From positions 4,993 through 68,992 of the forward strand of contig JBMNOA010000002.1 of assembly GCA_050942825.1 (NCBI GenBank): 64,000 bases of DNA, written 5' to 3'. This DNA comes from Bacillota bacterium (GTDB lineage: Bacteria; Bacillota; Dehalobacteriia; UBA4068). Of the stretch, positions 54,797 through 64,000 are shown one piece after another. How positions within the stretch are numbered: position 1 is the stretch's first letter; every line of letters begins with the position of its first letter. The position numbers were made by a program, and so were the translations under genes. The notes below the pieces were generated by a model. That model was not told the origin of the DNA. It saw nothing but the letters and a program-made list of their open reading frames with translations, and made no database searches.

Positions 54797-54800
54797 ATTT

Positions 54801-54869
54801 GAGTCCTCCTTCTTTGGATTTTCCTAATGTTTGTACCCGCAATCCAAAGCTATGGCCCTTATAGGACTC
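54801..54869 (-). promoter_or_regulatory. Structured 5'UTR of the zf-trcl gene: nested helices (CTTTGGATT/AATCCAAAG 9 bp; GAGTCCT/AGGACTC 7 bp), the outer helix occluding part of the SD
   Basis: Complementary segments read from the sequence; the AGGACTC arm overlaps the GGAGGA SD. Confidence 0.4.
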
Positions 54870-54905
54870 AGGGGACGCTGGCGAAATAACAGTAGGTTAT
54901 AATTC

Positions 54906-54934
54906 ATTATATAATCGTTTGCTTAAAAATGCAA
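54906..54934 (-). promoter_or_regulatory. Consensus sigma-A promoter (TTGCAT-17nt-TATAAT on the minus strand) for the zf-trcl gene
   Basis: The reverse complement of 54906-54934 reads TTGCATttttaagcaaacgattaTATAAT. Confidence 0.7.
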
Positions 54935-55015
54935 GAATTTTTTGGCAAAAGTAAAAACAACTTTTATTTTGTCCTAAATTGATAAAAAGGCAGTAAAAAA
55001 TATTTATTTATTTTC

Positions 55016-55045
55016 TTGTAAAAGGCTATAAGGGTATGCTATAAT
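55016..55045 (+). promoter_or_regulatory. Promoter of the cold-shock gene (TTGTAA-18nt-TGc-TATAAT)
   Basis: Read from the sequence, ~32 nt upstream of the csp ATG. Confidence 0.5.
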
Positions 55046-55077
55046 AAATGAGCAATTATTTATTTAGGAGGTACCAC

Positions 55078-55275
55078 ATGGAAGGCAAAGTAAAATGGTT
55101 TAATGCGGAAAAAGGTTTTGGTTTCATTGAAAGAGATGGCGGCGAAGATGTTTTTGTTCATTTTTCTGCTATCCAATCTGAAGGCTTCAAAACTCTTGAC
55201 GAAGGCCAAGCTGTTCAATTTGATGTTGTAGATGGCCCTCGCGGTCCGCAAGCTGCCAATGTAAGCAAACTGTAG
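55078..55275 (+). CDS. Cold-shock protein (CspA family)
   Basis: ATG at 55078 after an AGGAGG RBS; [12 protein letters not shown] (RNP1) and VFVHF (RNP2). Confidence 0.95.
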   Translation: MEGKVKWFNAEKGFGFIERDGGEDVFVHFSAIQSEGFKTLDEGQAVQFDVVDGPRGPQAANVSKL

Positions 55276-55351
55276 AGTCCAAAAAGAAGCTTGATTGTTG
55301 TCAGGCTAATGCCATACCAAATGATATATATATATTTTATTTTTTGGTACC

Positions 55352-55386
55352 AAAAAGATCTCATCTAAGGTGGGATCTTTTTTTAT
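55352..55386 (+). terminator. Intrinsic terminator after csp (AAAGATC...GATCTTT followed by TTTTT)
   Basis: Read from the sequence. Confidence 0.7.
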
Positions 55387-55496
55387 ATTAATTTACCTAA
55401 TAAAGGAAGCACTAACAGTTCCTTTTGATAATAAATCTTATTTATATATATTAGCGAATTATGTTATAATAAAACGTAAGACAAGGGGGTATTATC

Positions 55497-57464
55497 TTGG
55501 CTGAATTTTTACTAAATAGTAAATATGCTCCGGCTGGTGACCAGATCAAGGCTATTAGAGAACTGGAAGAAGGTATTAATAAAGGCTTATCCCATCAGGT
55601 GCTTTTAGGCGTTACCGGGTCCGGCAAGACCTTTACTATGGCTAATGTGATAGCGGATCTGCAAAAGCCGACTTTGGTCATTGCTCATAACAAAACATTG
55701 GCCGCACAGCTCTATGGAGAATTTAGGGAGTTTTTCCCGCAAAATGCCGTAGAATACTTTGTCAGTTATTACGATTATTATCAGCCGGAGGCTTATATAC
55801 CCTCCAGCGATACTTATATAGCTAAGGATGCCGCTATCAACGATGAAATAGAAAAATTGCGCCATTCGGCTACTGCTTCTTTATTAGAGAGGCGTGATGT
55901 GATAATCATTGCCAGCGTATCGGCTATTTATGGTCTAGGAGATCCGGCCGATTATCTGGAGTTGAGCCTAAGCTTGAGACCGGGAATGACGGTGGAGCGT
56001 GATTATCTATTACACCGCTTGGTGACTATGCAGTATCAGCGCAATGAGATAGATTTTAAACGCGGTACATTTAGGGTGCGCGGCGATGTCATAGAAATTT
56101 TTCCTGCCGGAGCCAGTGATAAAGCTATTAGGATCGAGTTGTTCGGCGATGAGATAGAAAGGATCAGTGATGTAGATACCTTGAAAGGGCAGCAGCTTTG
56201 TCAGCGGAATTATGCTTATATTTTCCCTGCCAACCATTATGTGACTGTTAATGAAAAAATGAAAAAAGCCATTCTTTCCATCAATGAGGAATTAAGAGAG
56301 CAATTGAACTTTTTACGTCAGCAGGGCAAATTGCTGGAAGCACAAAGATTGGAACAAAGGACCAACTTTGATCTGGAAATGATGGAGGAACTTGGTTATT
56401 GCAGCGGTATTGAAAATTACAGCCGTCATTTGACGGGGCGTGAAGCAGGAGATCCTCCTTATACTCTGCTGGATTATTTCCCGCAAGATTATTTAATCAT
56501 GATAGATGAATCACATGTCACCATACCACAGTTGCGTGCCATGTATGAAGGGGACCGCTCCCGCAAGGAAAGTCTAGTCAATTATGGTTTTCGTCTACCT
56601 TCGGCCAAGGACAATCGACCGCTGATGTTTAGAGAATTTGAACAAAAGAGCAATCAATTAATCTATCTTTCTGCTACGCCAGGTCCTTATGAGCTGGAAC
56701 ATTGTCAGAATCTTGTGGAGCAGGTAGTAAGACCCACGGGGCTTGTCGATCCGCAGATCGAGGTGCTTCCTGTAAAAGGGCAGATTGACAACTTGTTGGA
56801 ACAGATACGTCAAAGAACTTCTAAAAAAGAACGGGTTTTGGTTACCGCTTTAACCAAGAGAATGGCCGAAGATCTGACCTCTTATCTGGTGCAAGCGGGT
56901 GTAGCGGCCCATTATATGCATTCTGAGGTCAAAACCTTAGAGCGCATGGCTCTTGTAAGGGATCTGCGTTTAGGTGTATTCGATGTGCTGGTAGGTATCA
57001 ATCTCTTGCGGGAAGGCCTGGATTTGCCGGAAGTGACTTTGGTAGCGATACTTGATGCCGATAAAGAGGGTTTTTTGCGTTCGGAGCGTTCTTTGATCCA
57101 AACTATAGGCCGGGCTGCCAGAAATACTGAAGGCAAGGTCATCATGTATGCTGACCGGATCACGGATTCTATGGATAAAGCTATCAAAGAGACTGAGCGG
57201 CGTCGTGCCTTGCAGATAAAATATAATCAGGAACATGGCATCATTCCACAGACCATAGTCAAGGATATACGGGATGTTATTTCCACTGTATTATCCGAAA
57301 GCTCGGATAAACCCGCTGATCCTACAAAGATGAGTAAAAAAGAAAGGCAAGCTTTGATCCTCAGTCTGGAAAAAGAGATGAGAGAAGCTGCACGCCGTTT
57401 GGAATTTGAAGAAGCAGCTGCTTTGAGAGATCTCTTGATAGAAATACGGGCTGCAGATAATTAA
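55497..57464 (+). CDS. uvrB: Excinuclease ABC subunit B
   Basis: TTG start after an AAGGGGG RBS; [10 protein letters not shown]; C-terminal UVR domain. Confidence 0.95.
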   Translation: MAEFLLNSKYAPAGDQIKAIRELEEGINKGLSHQVLLGVTGSGKTFTMANVIADLQKPTLVIAHNKTLAAQLYGEFREFFPQNAVEYFVSYYDYYQPEAYIPSSDTYIAKDAAINDEIEKLRHSATASLLERRDVIIIASVSAIYGLGDPADYLELSLSLRPGMTVERDYLLHRLVTMQYQRNEIDFKRGTFRVRGDVIEIFPAGASDKAIRIELFGDEIERISDVDTLKGQQLCQRNYAYIFPANHYVTVNEKMKKAILSINEELREQLNFLRQQGKLLEAQRLEQRTNFDLEMMEELGYCSGIENYSRHLTGREAGDPPYTLLDYFPQDYLIMIDESHVTIPQLRAMYEGDRSRKESLVNYGFRLPSAKDNRPLMFREFEQKSNQLIYLSATPGPYELEHCQNLVEQVVRPTGLVDPQIEVLPVKGQIDNLLEQIRQRTSKKERVLVTALTKRMAEDLTSYLVQAGVAAHYMHSEVKTLERMALVRDLRLGVFDVLVGINLLREGLDLPEVTLVAILDADKEGFLRSERSLIQTIGRAARNTEGKVIMYADRITDSMDKAIKETERRRALQIKYNQEHGIIPQTIVKDIRDVISTVLSESSDKPADPTKMSKKERQALILSLEKEMREAARRLEFEEAAALRDLLIEIRAADN

Positions 57465-57512
57465 CTAAGCTTCAATAAATATAATTTGGATATTGGACAG
57501 GAGTAAAAATTT

Positions 57513-60365
57513 ATGCAGGATAAGATCGTCATCAAGGGTGCCAGAGAGCATAATCTTAAAAATATCGATATCGTGATACCTCGTGATAAGCTGGTTATTA
57601 TCACAGGTTTATCAGGTAGCGGTAAGAGCTCTCTAGCCTTTGATACTATATATGCCGAAGGTCAAAGACGTTATGTAGAGAGTCTTTCGGCCTATGCCAG
57701 GCAATTTTTGGGGCAGATGGATAAGCCCGATGTGGATTTTATCGAAGGTTTGTCACCCGCTATTTCCATAGATCAAAAGACCACCAGTCGCAACCCACGT
57801 TCAACAGTAGGTACGGTGACGGAAATACATGATTATTTACGTTTATTGTATGCCAATATTGGCCGGCCGCATTGTCCACGTTGCGGACGTCCTATTACGC
57901 AGCAGACTATTGACCAGATCGTAGATAGTATCAAATCCTACCCCGTAGGCAGCCGCCTGCAGGTCATGGCTCCTTTGGCCAGGGGCAGAAAGGGTGAATA
58001 TCAAAAAATCTTTGCCGATGCTAAGGCAGACGGCTATCTGCGTGTGCGGGTTGATGGAGAAGTTCGCCTGCTGGAAGAAGAAATTAAACTGGACAAAAAA
58101 ATCAAACATAATATTGAGCTGATTGTGGACAGGATCATACTCAAAGAGGATATCGACAAAAGATTGGCGGATTCGCTGGAATTGGCCTTAGGTATGGGAC
58201 ACGGGCTGGTTTTGGTATTATTACAACAAGAGGACGGCTCGCAGCAAGAGCTGATGTTCAGTCAGAATTTCGCCTGCTTGGAGTGCGGAATAAGTATCGA
58301 AGAGATAACCCCCAGGATGTTTTCCTTTAACAATCCTTACGGGGCTTGTCCCTCTTGCAGCGGATTGGGTTTTTCCATGAATATAGACAAAAACCTCTTG
58401 ATCAGGGATGAAAACCTCTCCATCAATGAGGGCGGTTTGACACGTTGGAGCAGCAATGCCCAGGGTTGGTTTTATCGCTTTATTGAGGCGGTAGCCCAAA
58501 AACATGGATTTTCGCTGGATGTACCTATCAAAGATATGCCCGCATGGGCTTTAGATGAGATCTTTTATGGTTGCGGCGATGAGAAATTCAAGCTGATTTA
58601 TGAAACTGATGAGGGCCGAAAAATCTGGATGCATACCTGGGAAGGTCTGGTCAATAATTATCAAAGACGGTATAAAGAAAGCACTTCCGACTATATCAGA
58701 GCGGAATTGGAAAAATATATGTCTGTTACACCCTGTCAGGCTTGTAAAGGCGCCAGACTACGCCCCGAAAGTCTGGCCGTTACTATCGGTGGTCTGAATA
58801 TTGCCCAGATCAGTACTATGCCTGTAGGTGAGATCAAGCAATTTTTTGCCGGTTTGGAGCTGAGTGAGCGGGAGTTCAAGATCGCCCGCCGTATCTTAAA
58901 AGAAATCGGTGAAAGACTGGATTTCCTCATCAATGTCGGTCTGGATTATTTAACACTAGCACGTTCGGCCTCTACGCTTTCAGGAGGGGAGGCTCAGCGT
59001 ATACGTCTGGCTACGCAGATTGGCTCACATTTGATGGGTGTGCTTTATATATTGGATGAACCCAGTATCGGTCTGCACCAAAGGGACAATATCCGACTCA
59101 TAGAAACGCTGAAGCACTTGCGTGATTTGGGTAATACTGTATTAGTCGTAGAGCATGACGAAGAGACCATGGAAGCTGCCGATTATATTATCGATATCGG
59201 GCCCGGAGCCGGTGTGAACGGCGGGCATGTAGTAGCCTCCGGTACTATCGACCAGATCAAAGCCTGCCCTGAATCTATAACAGGACAGTATCTTGCGGGA
59301 GTCAAATTTATTCCCTTGCCAAAGCAAAGAAGACAGCCTACTGACAAATGGCTGAAAATAACAGGAGCGGCAGCCAATAATCTTAAAGATATCGATGTCC
59401 GCTTACCCCTGGGACTGTTTATTTGTGTTACAGGAGTATCGGGCAGCGGTAAAAGCAGTCTGATTAATGAAATCCTTTATAAAGTCACTGCCCGTCAATT
59501 GAACGGCGCTTATACCTCTCCCGGTAAATATAAAAAAATTGAGGGGCTGGAGCATCTGGAAAAGGTCATCAATATCGACCAGCATCCTATTGGACGTACA
59601 CCGCGTTCTAACCCTGCTACTTATACGGGTCTTTTTGATTTAGTCAGGGATCTTTTTTCACAGACTCCGGAATCAAAGGCCAGAGGCTATAAGCCGGGCC
59701 GTTTCAGCTTTAATGTGAAAGGCGGGCGTTGCGAGGCTTGCCAGGGTGATGGCATCATAAAAATCGAGATGCACTTTTTGCCTGATATTTATGTGGATTG
59801 TGAGGTTTGTAGAGGTAAAAGATATAACAGAGAAACCTTGTCTGTTTATTATAAAGGCAAAAATATTGCCGATGTATTGGCCATGACGGTCGATGCAGCA
59901 GCCGATTTTTTTGCTAATATTCCCCGTATCAGCCGCAAATTAAAGGCTTTGCAGGATGTTGGTTTGGGGTATATCTGTCTGGGACAATCTGCTACCACTC
60001 TTTCGGGGGGCGAGGCGCAAAGAGTCAAATTGGCTACCGAACTTTCCCGACGTTCCAATGGGCGTACACTGTATATTTTGGATGAGCCGACAACAGGTCT
60101 GCATACCGCCGATATTGATCGCCTGTTGCAGGTCTTGAACCGTTTGGTAGAGGCCGGGGATACAGTTTTGGTGATCGAGCATAATATGGATGTGATCAAA
60201 ACAGCTGATTATATTATTGATTTGGGTCCTGAGGGCGGAAATGCCGGTGGTGAAGTAATAGCCGTGGGAACTCCCGAACAATTAGCTATGGTTAAAGATA
60301 GCTACACAGGGCAATTCTTGGCCAAATTGTTGCATAAAAAGAAAGGGGGCCAATCCGGTGACTGA
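57513..60365 (+). CDS. uvrA: Excinuclease ABC subunit A
   Basis: Two ABC ATPase modules, Zn fingers; 950 aa. Confidence 0.96.
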   Translation: MQDKIVIKGAREHNLKNIDIVIPRDKLVIITGLSGSGKSSLAFDTIYAEGQRRYVESLSAYARQFLGQMDKPDVDFIEGLSPAISIDQKTTSRNPRSTVGTVTEIHDYLRLLYANIGRPHCPRCGRPITQQTIDQIVDSIKSYPVGSRLQVMAPLARGRKGEYQKIFADAKADGYLRVRVDGEVRLLEEEIKLDKKIKHNIELIVDRIILKEDIDKRLADSLELALGMGHGLVLVLLQQEDGSQQELMFSQNFACLECGISIEEITPRMFSFNNPYGACPSCSGLGFSMNIDKNLLIRDENLSINEGGLTRWSSNAQGWFYRFIEAVAQKHGFSLDVPIKDMPAWALDEIFYGCGDEKFKLIYETDEGRKIWMHTWEGLVNNYQRRYKESTSDYIRAELEKYMSVTPCQACKGARLRPESLAVTIGGLNIAQISTMPVGEIKQFFAGLELSEREFKIARRILKEIGERLDFLINVGLDYLTLARSASTLSGGEAQRIRLATQIGSHLMGVLYILDEPSIGLHQRDNIRLIETLKHLRDLGNTVLVVEHDEETMEAADYIIDIGPGAGVNGGHVVASGTIDQIKACPESITGQYLAGVKFIPLPKQRRQPTDKWLKITGAAANNLKDIDVRLPLGLFICVTGVSGSGKSSLINEILYKVTARQLNGAYTSPGKYKKIEGLEHLEKVINIDQHPIGRTPRSNPATYTGLFDLVRDLFSQTPESKARGYKPGRFSFNVKGGRCEACQGDGIIKIEMHFLPDIYVDCEVCRGKRYNRETLSVYYKGKNIADVLAMTVDAAADFFANIPRISRKLKALQDVGLGYICLGQSATTLSGGEAQRVKLATELSRRSNGRTLYILDEPTTGLHTADIDRLLQVLNRLVEAGDTVLVIEHNMDVIKTADYIIDLGPEGGNAGGEVIAVGTPEQLAMVKDSYTGQFLAKLLHKKKGGQSGD

Positions 60366-62232
60366 CAAGCAGCGTCAATTATCGGACCATCTAAGGCAAA
60401 AGCTTGCCGATCTGCCCGATAAGCCCGGCGTCTATCTGATGAAGGATGATGAAGGAGTAATAATCTATGTCGGTAAAGCCTCCTCACTTAAGAATCGGGT
60501 GCGTTCTTATTTTCAGAATCCTGCTGCTCTTGATGCCAAAACAGCTGCTCTGGTCTCTAAAATAGTTGATCTGGAAACAGTAGTGGTGGATAGTGCCAGA
60601 GATGCCTTGATATTAGAGAGCCATCTTATCAAAGAGCACAGGCCGCACTACAATGTACGCTTGCGCGATGACAAGCATTATCCTTATTTTCAATTAACGA
60701 TGACTGAGGAATTCCCTCGTCTTTTGGTAGCCAGAAGGGCCAAAAATGACGGTAACCGCTATTTCGGCCCTTATATCAATAGCACTGCTATGCGTGAGGC
60801 TGCTAAGCTAATCAGTGAGATTTTCCCTTTGCGCTCCTGTAAGACGATGCGAAAAAGACATAGAGCCTGTTTGAATTCACATATCGGTCGTTGTTTAGCT
60901 CCCTGTGAGGAAAAAATAAGCCGGGAGGAATATGCTAAAATAGTGGAGCAGGTGATACTGTTTCTGCAAGGTAAAACCAAAGAGCTATGCCGCCAGAAAA
61001 AAAAGGCTATGCAGGAGGCTAGCGAAAATCTCTGTTTTGAGGAGGCGGCTCGTTATCGCGATCAGTTGGCTGCCCTGGAGGAGGTGCAAAAACAGCAGCA
61101 TTTGGATAGAAGTTTCCAAGGTGGCAATTATGATATATTAGCAGTGGTAGTACAAGATGACCAGGCTGTGACACAAGTATTTTTTGTCCGTCAGGGTAAG
61201 GTAATAGGTAAAGAAAATTTCTTCTTGCTCAATGCCAATATGGTTGATAAGGCTTCTTTGATGAGTCGTTTTTTGCAGGAATATTATGGCGAAGGCGAAA
61301 ACAGCTTGCCGTGTATCTATCTTAATCATTTGCCGGAGGATGCAGACTTGCTGGAGCAGCTTTTCAGTGAAAAATGCGGCAGAAAAGTCTCTTTTGTAGT
61401 GCCGCAAAGGGGAGACAAAAAGAATCTCGTCGATCTGGCAGAAAAAAATGCTCAGCTGATATTAGAGCAGTATTTGCAGGCCAAGGATAAACAATCGGAA
61501 AAGAATGCTTTGGCCTTGGAAGATCTCAGACAGGCTTTAGGATTAGACAAAACGCCGACGCGCATGGAATGTTATGATATTAGTCATCTCAGCGGTAGTA
61601 ATATGGTCGGCTCGATGGTAGTTTTTATTTGCGGTGCTCCCAGCCCTAAACATTATCGTCGTTTTCGCATCAAATCTGTGGCGGACAATAATGACTTTGC
61701 CTGCCTGCGGGAGGTGCTCTCTCGCCGCTGGCAAAGAGGACTAAAAGAAAGAGCAGAGGGTAAAGAGCCTTTAGATTTCGGCATTTTCCCCGATCTTGTG
61801 ATTATTGATGGCGGCAAGGGCCAGCTTTCCTCAGTTTGTGAGGAATTAGCCGATATCGGAATAGTTAATGTCAATATCATCTCACTGGCTAAAGAACAGG
61901 AAAAGATTTTTCTGCCTCACTGCAAAGAACCTCTTTGTTTACCCAAAGACCGGCCTGCTTTGCAACTTTTGCAGCGTATTAGGGATGAGGCACATAGATT
62001 TGCCGTCAGCTACCATCGTGATTTGCGTGCCAAAGCTCAAGTCCACTCACAATTGGAGGAGGTACCGGGTATCGGCCAAAAAAGACTAAAAAGTCTTTTG
62101 CGCACTTTTGGTTCCTTAGAGCGCATAAAAAAAGCCTCTTTTTACCAATTAGCTAATGCTCCGAGCATGAACGAAAAAGCAGCCGCTACTTTGTGGCAAT
62201 ATTTACACGGCAAGGAGCAAAATGGTATATAA
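60358..62232 (+). CDS. uvrC: Excinuclease ABC subunit C
   Basis: GIY-YIG N-terminus (PGVYLMKD...IYVGKA), UvrBC-interaction and HhH C-terminus; GTG start overlaps the uvrA stop by 8 nt. Confidence 0.93.
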   Translation: MTDKQRQLSDHLRQKLADLPDKPGVYLMKDDEGVIIYVGKASSLKNRVRSYFQNPAALDAKTAALVSKIVDLETVVVDSARDALILESHLIKEHRPHYNVRLRDDKHYPYFQLTMTEEFPRLLVARRAKNDGNRYFGPYINSTAMREAAKLISEIFPLRSCKTMRKRHRACLNSHIGRCLAPCEEKISREEYAKIVEQVILFLQGKTKELCRQKKKAMQEASENLCFEEAARYRDQLAALEEVQKQQHLDRSFQGGNYDILAVVVQDDQAVTQVFFVRQGKVIGKENFFLLNANMVDKASLMSRFLQEYYGEGENSLPCIYLNHLPEDADLLEQLFSEKCGRKVSFVVPQRGDKKNLVDLAEKNAQLILEQYLQAKDKQSEKNALALEDLRQALGLDKTPTRMECYDISHLSGSNMVGSMVVFICGAPSPKHYRRFRIKSVADNNDFACLREVLSRRWQRGLKERAEGKEPLDFGIFPDLVIIDGGKGQLSSVCEELADIGIVNVNIISLAKEQEKIFLPHCKEPLCLPKDRPALQLLQRIRDEAHRFAVSYHRDLRAKAQVHSQLEEVPGIGQKRLKSLLRTFGSLERIKKASFYQLANAPSMNEKAAATLWQYLHGKEQNGI

Positions 62233-62254
62233 TAGATTTGAGAGGTAATACTTG

Positions 62255-63049
62255 ATGAACATAAAATTGATTTCTATGGATTTAGATGGTACTCTTATAG
62301 AAAAGGATAACCATATTTCCGACAGGAACAAAGAGGCTTTAGAGGCCGCCCGTCAAAAAGGTATTCCGGTAACAATTTCCACCGGACGTATGTTCCGCTC
62401 CGCACAAAAGGTCGCCCAGCAATTGGCGCTGGATGTGCCGATTATTACTTATAACGGAGCATATATCAAAACTTCCGCTAGCGGTCAAGTACTGCTGAAT
62501 CAGACTCTGGATAAAGCTATTGCCCAAGATATCATCATCAGGGCGCAAGAGGAAGATCTGACTCCCCAAGCCTTCACAAATGATACTTTGCTAGTAGCAT
62601 ATATCAATAGACGGGTAGCAGATTATGCTCTTTCCGCCGGAGTGCCGGCTAAGGCCGTGGGTGATTTGCCTGCTTTTATTAACGCTGATGTCAATAAGGT
62701 GCTGTTGATAGGTGAGGCTGATCATCTGACTGAATTTTGGCATAAAAGCGGGGAAAGATATGGACATAAAGTCAATATTGTCAAGTCCAAGCCTCATTAT
62801 CTGGATTTTATTAATCCCAAAGCTAACAAAGGCCAGGGCCTGGCCTTTTTGGCTCACATAATGAAGATTAAAAAAGAGCAGATCATGGCTATCGGTGACA
62901 GTTACAATGATATCGGACTGTTTGAAGCGGCGGGGCTCAAAATAGCTATGGGCAATGCCGTTGCTCAACTCAAAGAAAAGGCCGATTATATCACCTCTGA
63001 TTGTGCCCAAGATGGTTTAGCTGCTGCTATTGAAAAGTTTGTTTTATAA
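62255..63049 (+). CDS. Cof-type HAD-IIB family hydrolase
   Basis: MDLDGTL motif I; GDSYND motif IV. Confidence 0.85.
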   Translation: MNIKLISMDLDGTLIEKDNHISDRNKEALEAARQKGIPVTISTGRMFRSAQKVAQQLALDVPIITYNGAYIKTSASGQVLLNQTLDKAIAQDIIIRAQEEDLTPQAFTNDTLLVAYINRRVADYALSAGVPAKAVGDLPAFINADVNKVLLIGEADHLTEFWHKSGERYGHKVNIVKSKPHYLDFINPKANKGQGLAFLAHIMKIKKEQIMAIGDSYNDIGLFEAAGLKIAMGNAVAQLKEKADYITSDCAQDGLAAAIEKFVL

Positions 63050-63066
63050 CCAAAAGGAGCCCGATT

Positions 63067-63975
63067 ATGGAAAACAAAAATGAAAAAATAAAAATAATGA
63101 TTATTACGGGTATGAGTGGAGCGGGAAAATCTCAGGTCATGGCAGCTTTGGAGGATGTTGGTTACTTTTGTGTGGATAATTTGCCCCCCAACCTCTTTTT
63201 GAAATTTATTGAAAGCATTATTTTATCTCAGGGGGCTATCTCCCGCGTGGCTTTAGTCATGGATATTCGGGGCGGGGAGTTTTTGCTGCAAAGCGAGGAA
63301 GTCATGGCTGCCATGAAAGAAGCTAAAATCAGAGAGCTCGTTGATTGCCAGGTACTCTTTCTGGATGCCTCGGACGAGGCTTTGGTACGTCGCTTCAAAG
63401 AGACCAGACGCAAGCATCCTTTAGCCAATGTGGATGATACGATTATAGACAGCATTAGGGAAGAAAGGCGCCGTCTGGAAACCCTCAAAGGCTTGGCTGA
63501 TATGGTTATAGATACCAGCTCGCTAACGGCCAGAGCTTTAGGTAGTCAGATAACCGAGCTTTTTGCCGAAGATCAGCAGCAAGCTATGAGTATCTCTATA
63601 TTATCATTTGGCTATAAATATGGCTTGCCTATAGATGTGGATCTGGTCATGGATGTACGCTTTTTGCCTAATCCTTATTATGTGTCGGAGCTAAAGAATT
63701 TAACTGGCAAGGATAAGGAAGTATATAATTTCGTTATGAGTTATGATGTAACCAAAAAATTTATCCGCCGCTATATCTCTCTTTTACACTTTCTCTTACC
63801 TCATTACAAAAATGAAGGCAAGAGACATTTGACAATTGCTATCGGTTGTACAGGTGGCCGCCACCGTTCTGTTGCCATTGCCCAGTCCTTGGCCAAAAAA
63901 CTATCTGCTTCCGGATATAAACCGTCCTTAAGTCATCGTGATATCAAAAAGGCTGATATTATAGAAAGGCAATAA
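63067..63975 (+). CDS. rapZ: RNase adapter protein RapZ (YvcJ-like P-loop NTPase)
   Basis: ITGMSGAGKS P-loop; 302 aa; a following ORF starts at 63996 (GGAGG RBS) and runs off the window. Confidence 0.88.
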   Translation: MENKNEKIKIMIITGMSGAGKSQVMAALEDVGYFCVDNLPPNLFLKFIESIILSQGAISRVALVMDIRGGEFLLQSEEVMAAMKEAKIRELVDCQVLFLDASDEALVRRFKETRRKHPLANVDDTIIDSIREERRRLETLKGLADMVIDTSSLTARALGSQITELFAEDQQQAMSISILSFGYKYGLPIDVDLVMDVRFLPNPYYVSELKNLTGKDKEVYNFVMSYDVTKKFIRRYISLLHFLLPHYKNEGKRHLTIAIGCTGGRHRSVAIAQSLAKKLSASGYKPSLSHRDIKKADIIERQ

Positions 63976-64000
63976 CAAGGATCGGAGGTATTAATATGTC

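Noticed and set aside
55440-55496. LexA/Cheo box upstream of uvrB
   Set aside because: The best candidate, CGAATTATGTTAT, mismatches both half-sites (GAAC/GTTC) or has the wrong spacing, so it is not convincing without a PWM score.

Overview
This window is a conserved Firmicutes-type core chromosomal region, apparently from a spore-forming Clostridia or Negativicutes-like organism: it has cwlD, SLH-domain proteins, a type-A RNase P RNA and frequent TTG/GTG starts. From 5' to 3' on the + strand: (i) partial rpoB, rpoC, a ybxF-like L7Ae protein, rpsL, rpsG, fusA, tuf, then the S10/spc/alpha ribosomal-protein operons ending in rplQ, followed by ecfA1-ecfA2-ecfT-truA-rplM-rpsI; (ii) a molybdenum-cofactor module (mobB, moaC, a MOSC::MogA fusion), cwlD and ogt; (iii) an arginine biosynthesis operon argCJBDFG with a consensus sigma-A promoter overlapped by an ARG box; (iv) a family-4 uracil-DNA glycosylase, coaD and a DUF2007 protein; (v) a small accessory patch with a secreted transglutaminase-like protein carrying three SLH domains and a tandem excisionase-type HTH protein; (vi) dgt-dnaG-sigA, a tRNA-Met(CAT) with its own consensus promoter, then a decayed insert containing a 38-codon fragment of a phage scaffold-protein gene; (vii) trmK, rnpB, trmB, thrC; (viii) a convergent zf-trcl zinc-ribbon gene, a cold-shock protein, a contiguous uvrB-uvrA-uvrC operon, a Cof-type HAD hydrolase and rapZ. 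There are no CRISPR arrays, rRNA genes or intact mobile elements. The most unusual observations, all inferred from sequence alone, are: a cysteine cluster inserted into domain 1 of EF-Tu; a CxxC..CxxC signature in the C-terminus of uL24; strong terminator-less hairpins at operon junctions; an unannotated 44-codon Cys-rich ORF with a strong SD; an SD-sequestering leader for the zf-trcl gene; and the tRNA-linked prophage remnant.
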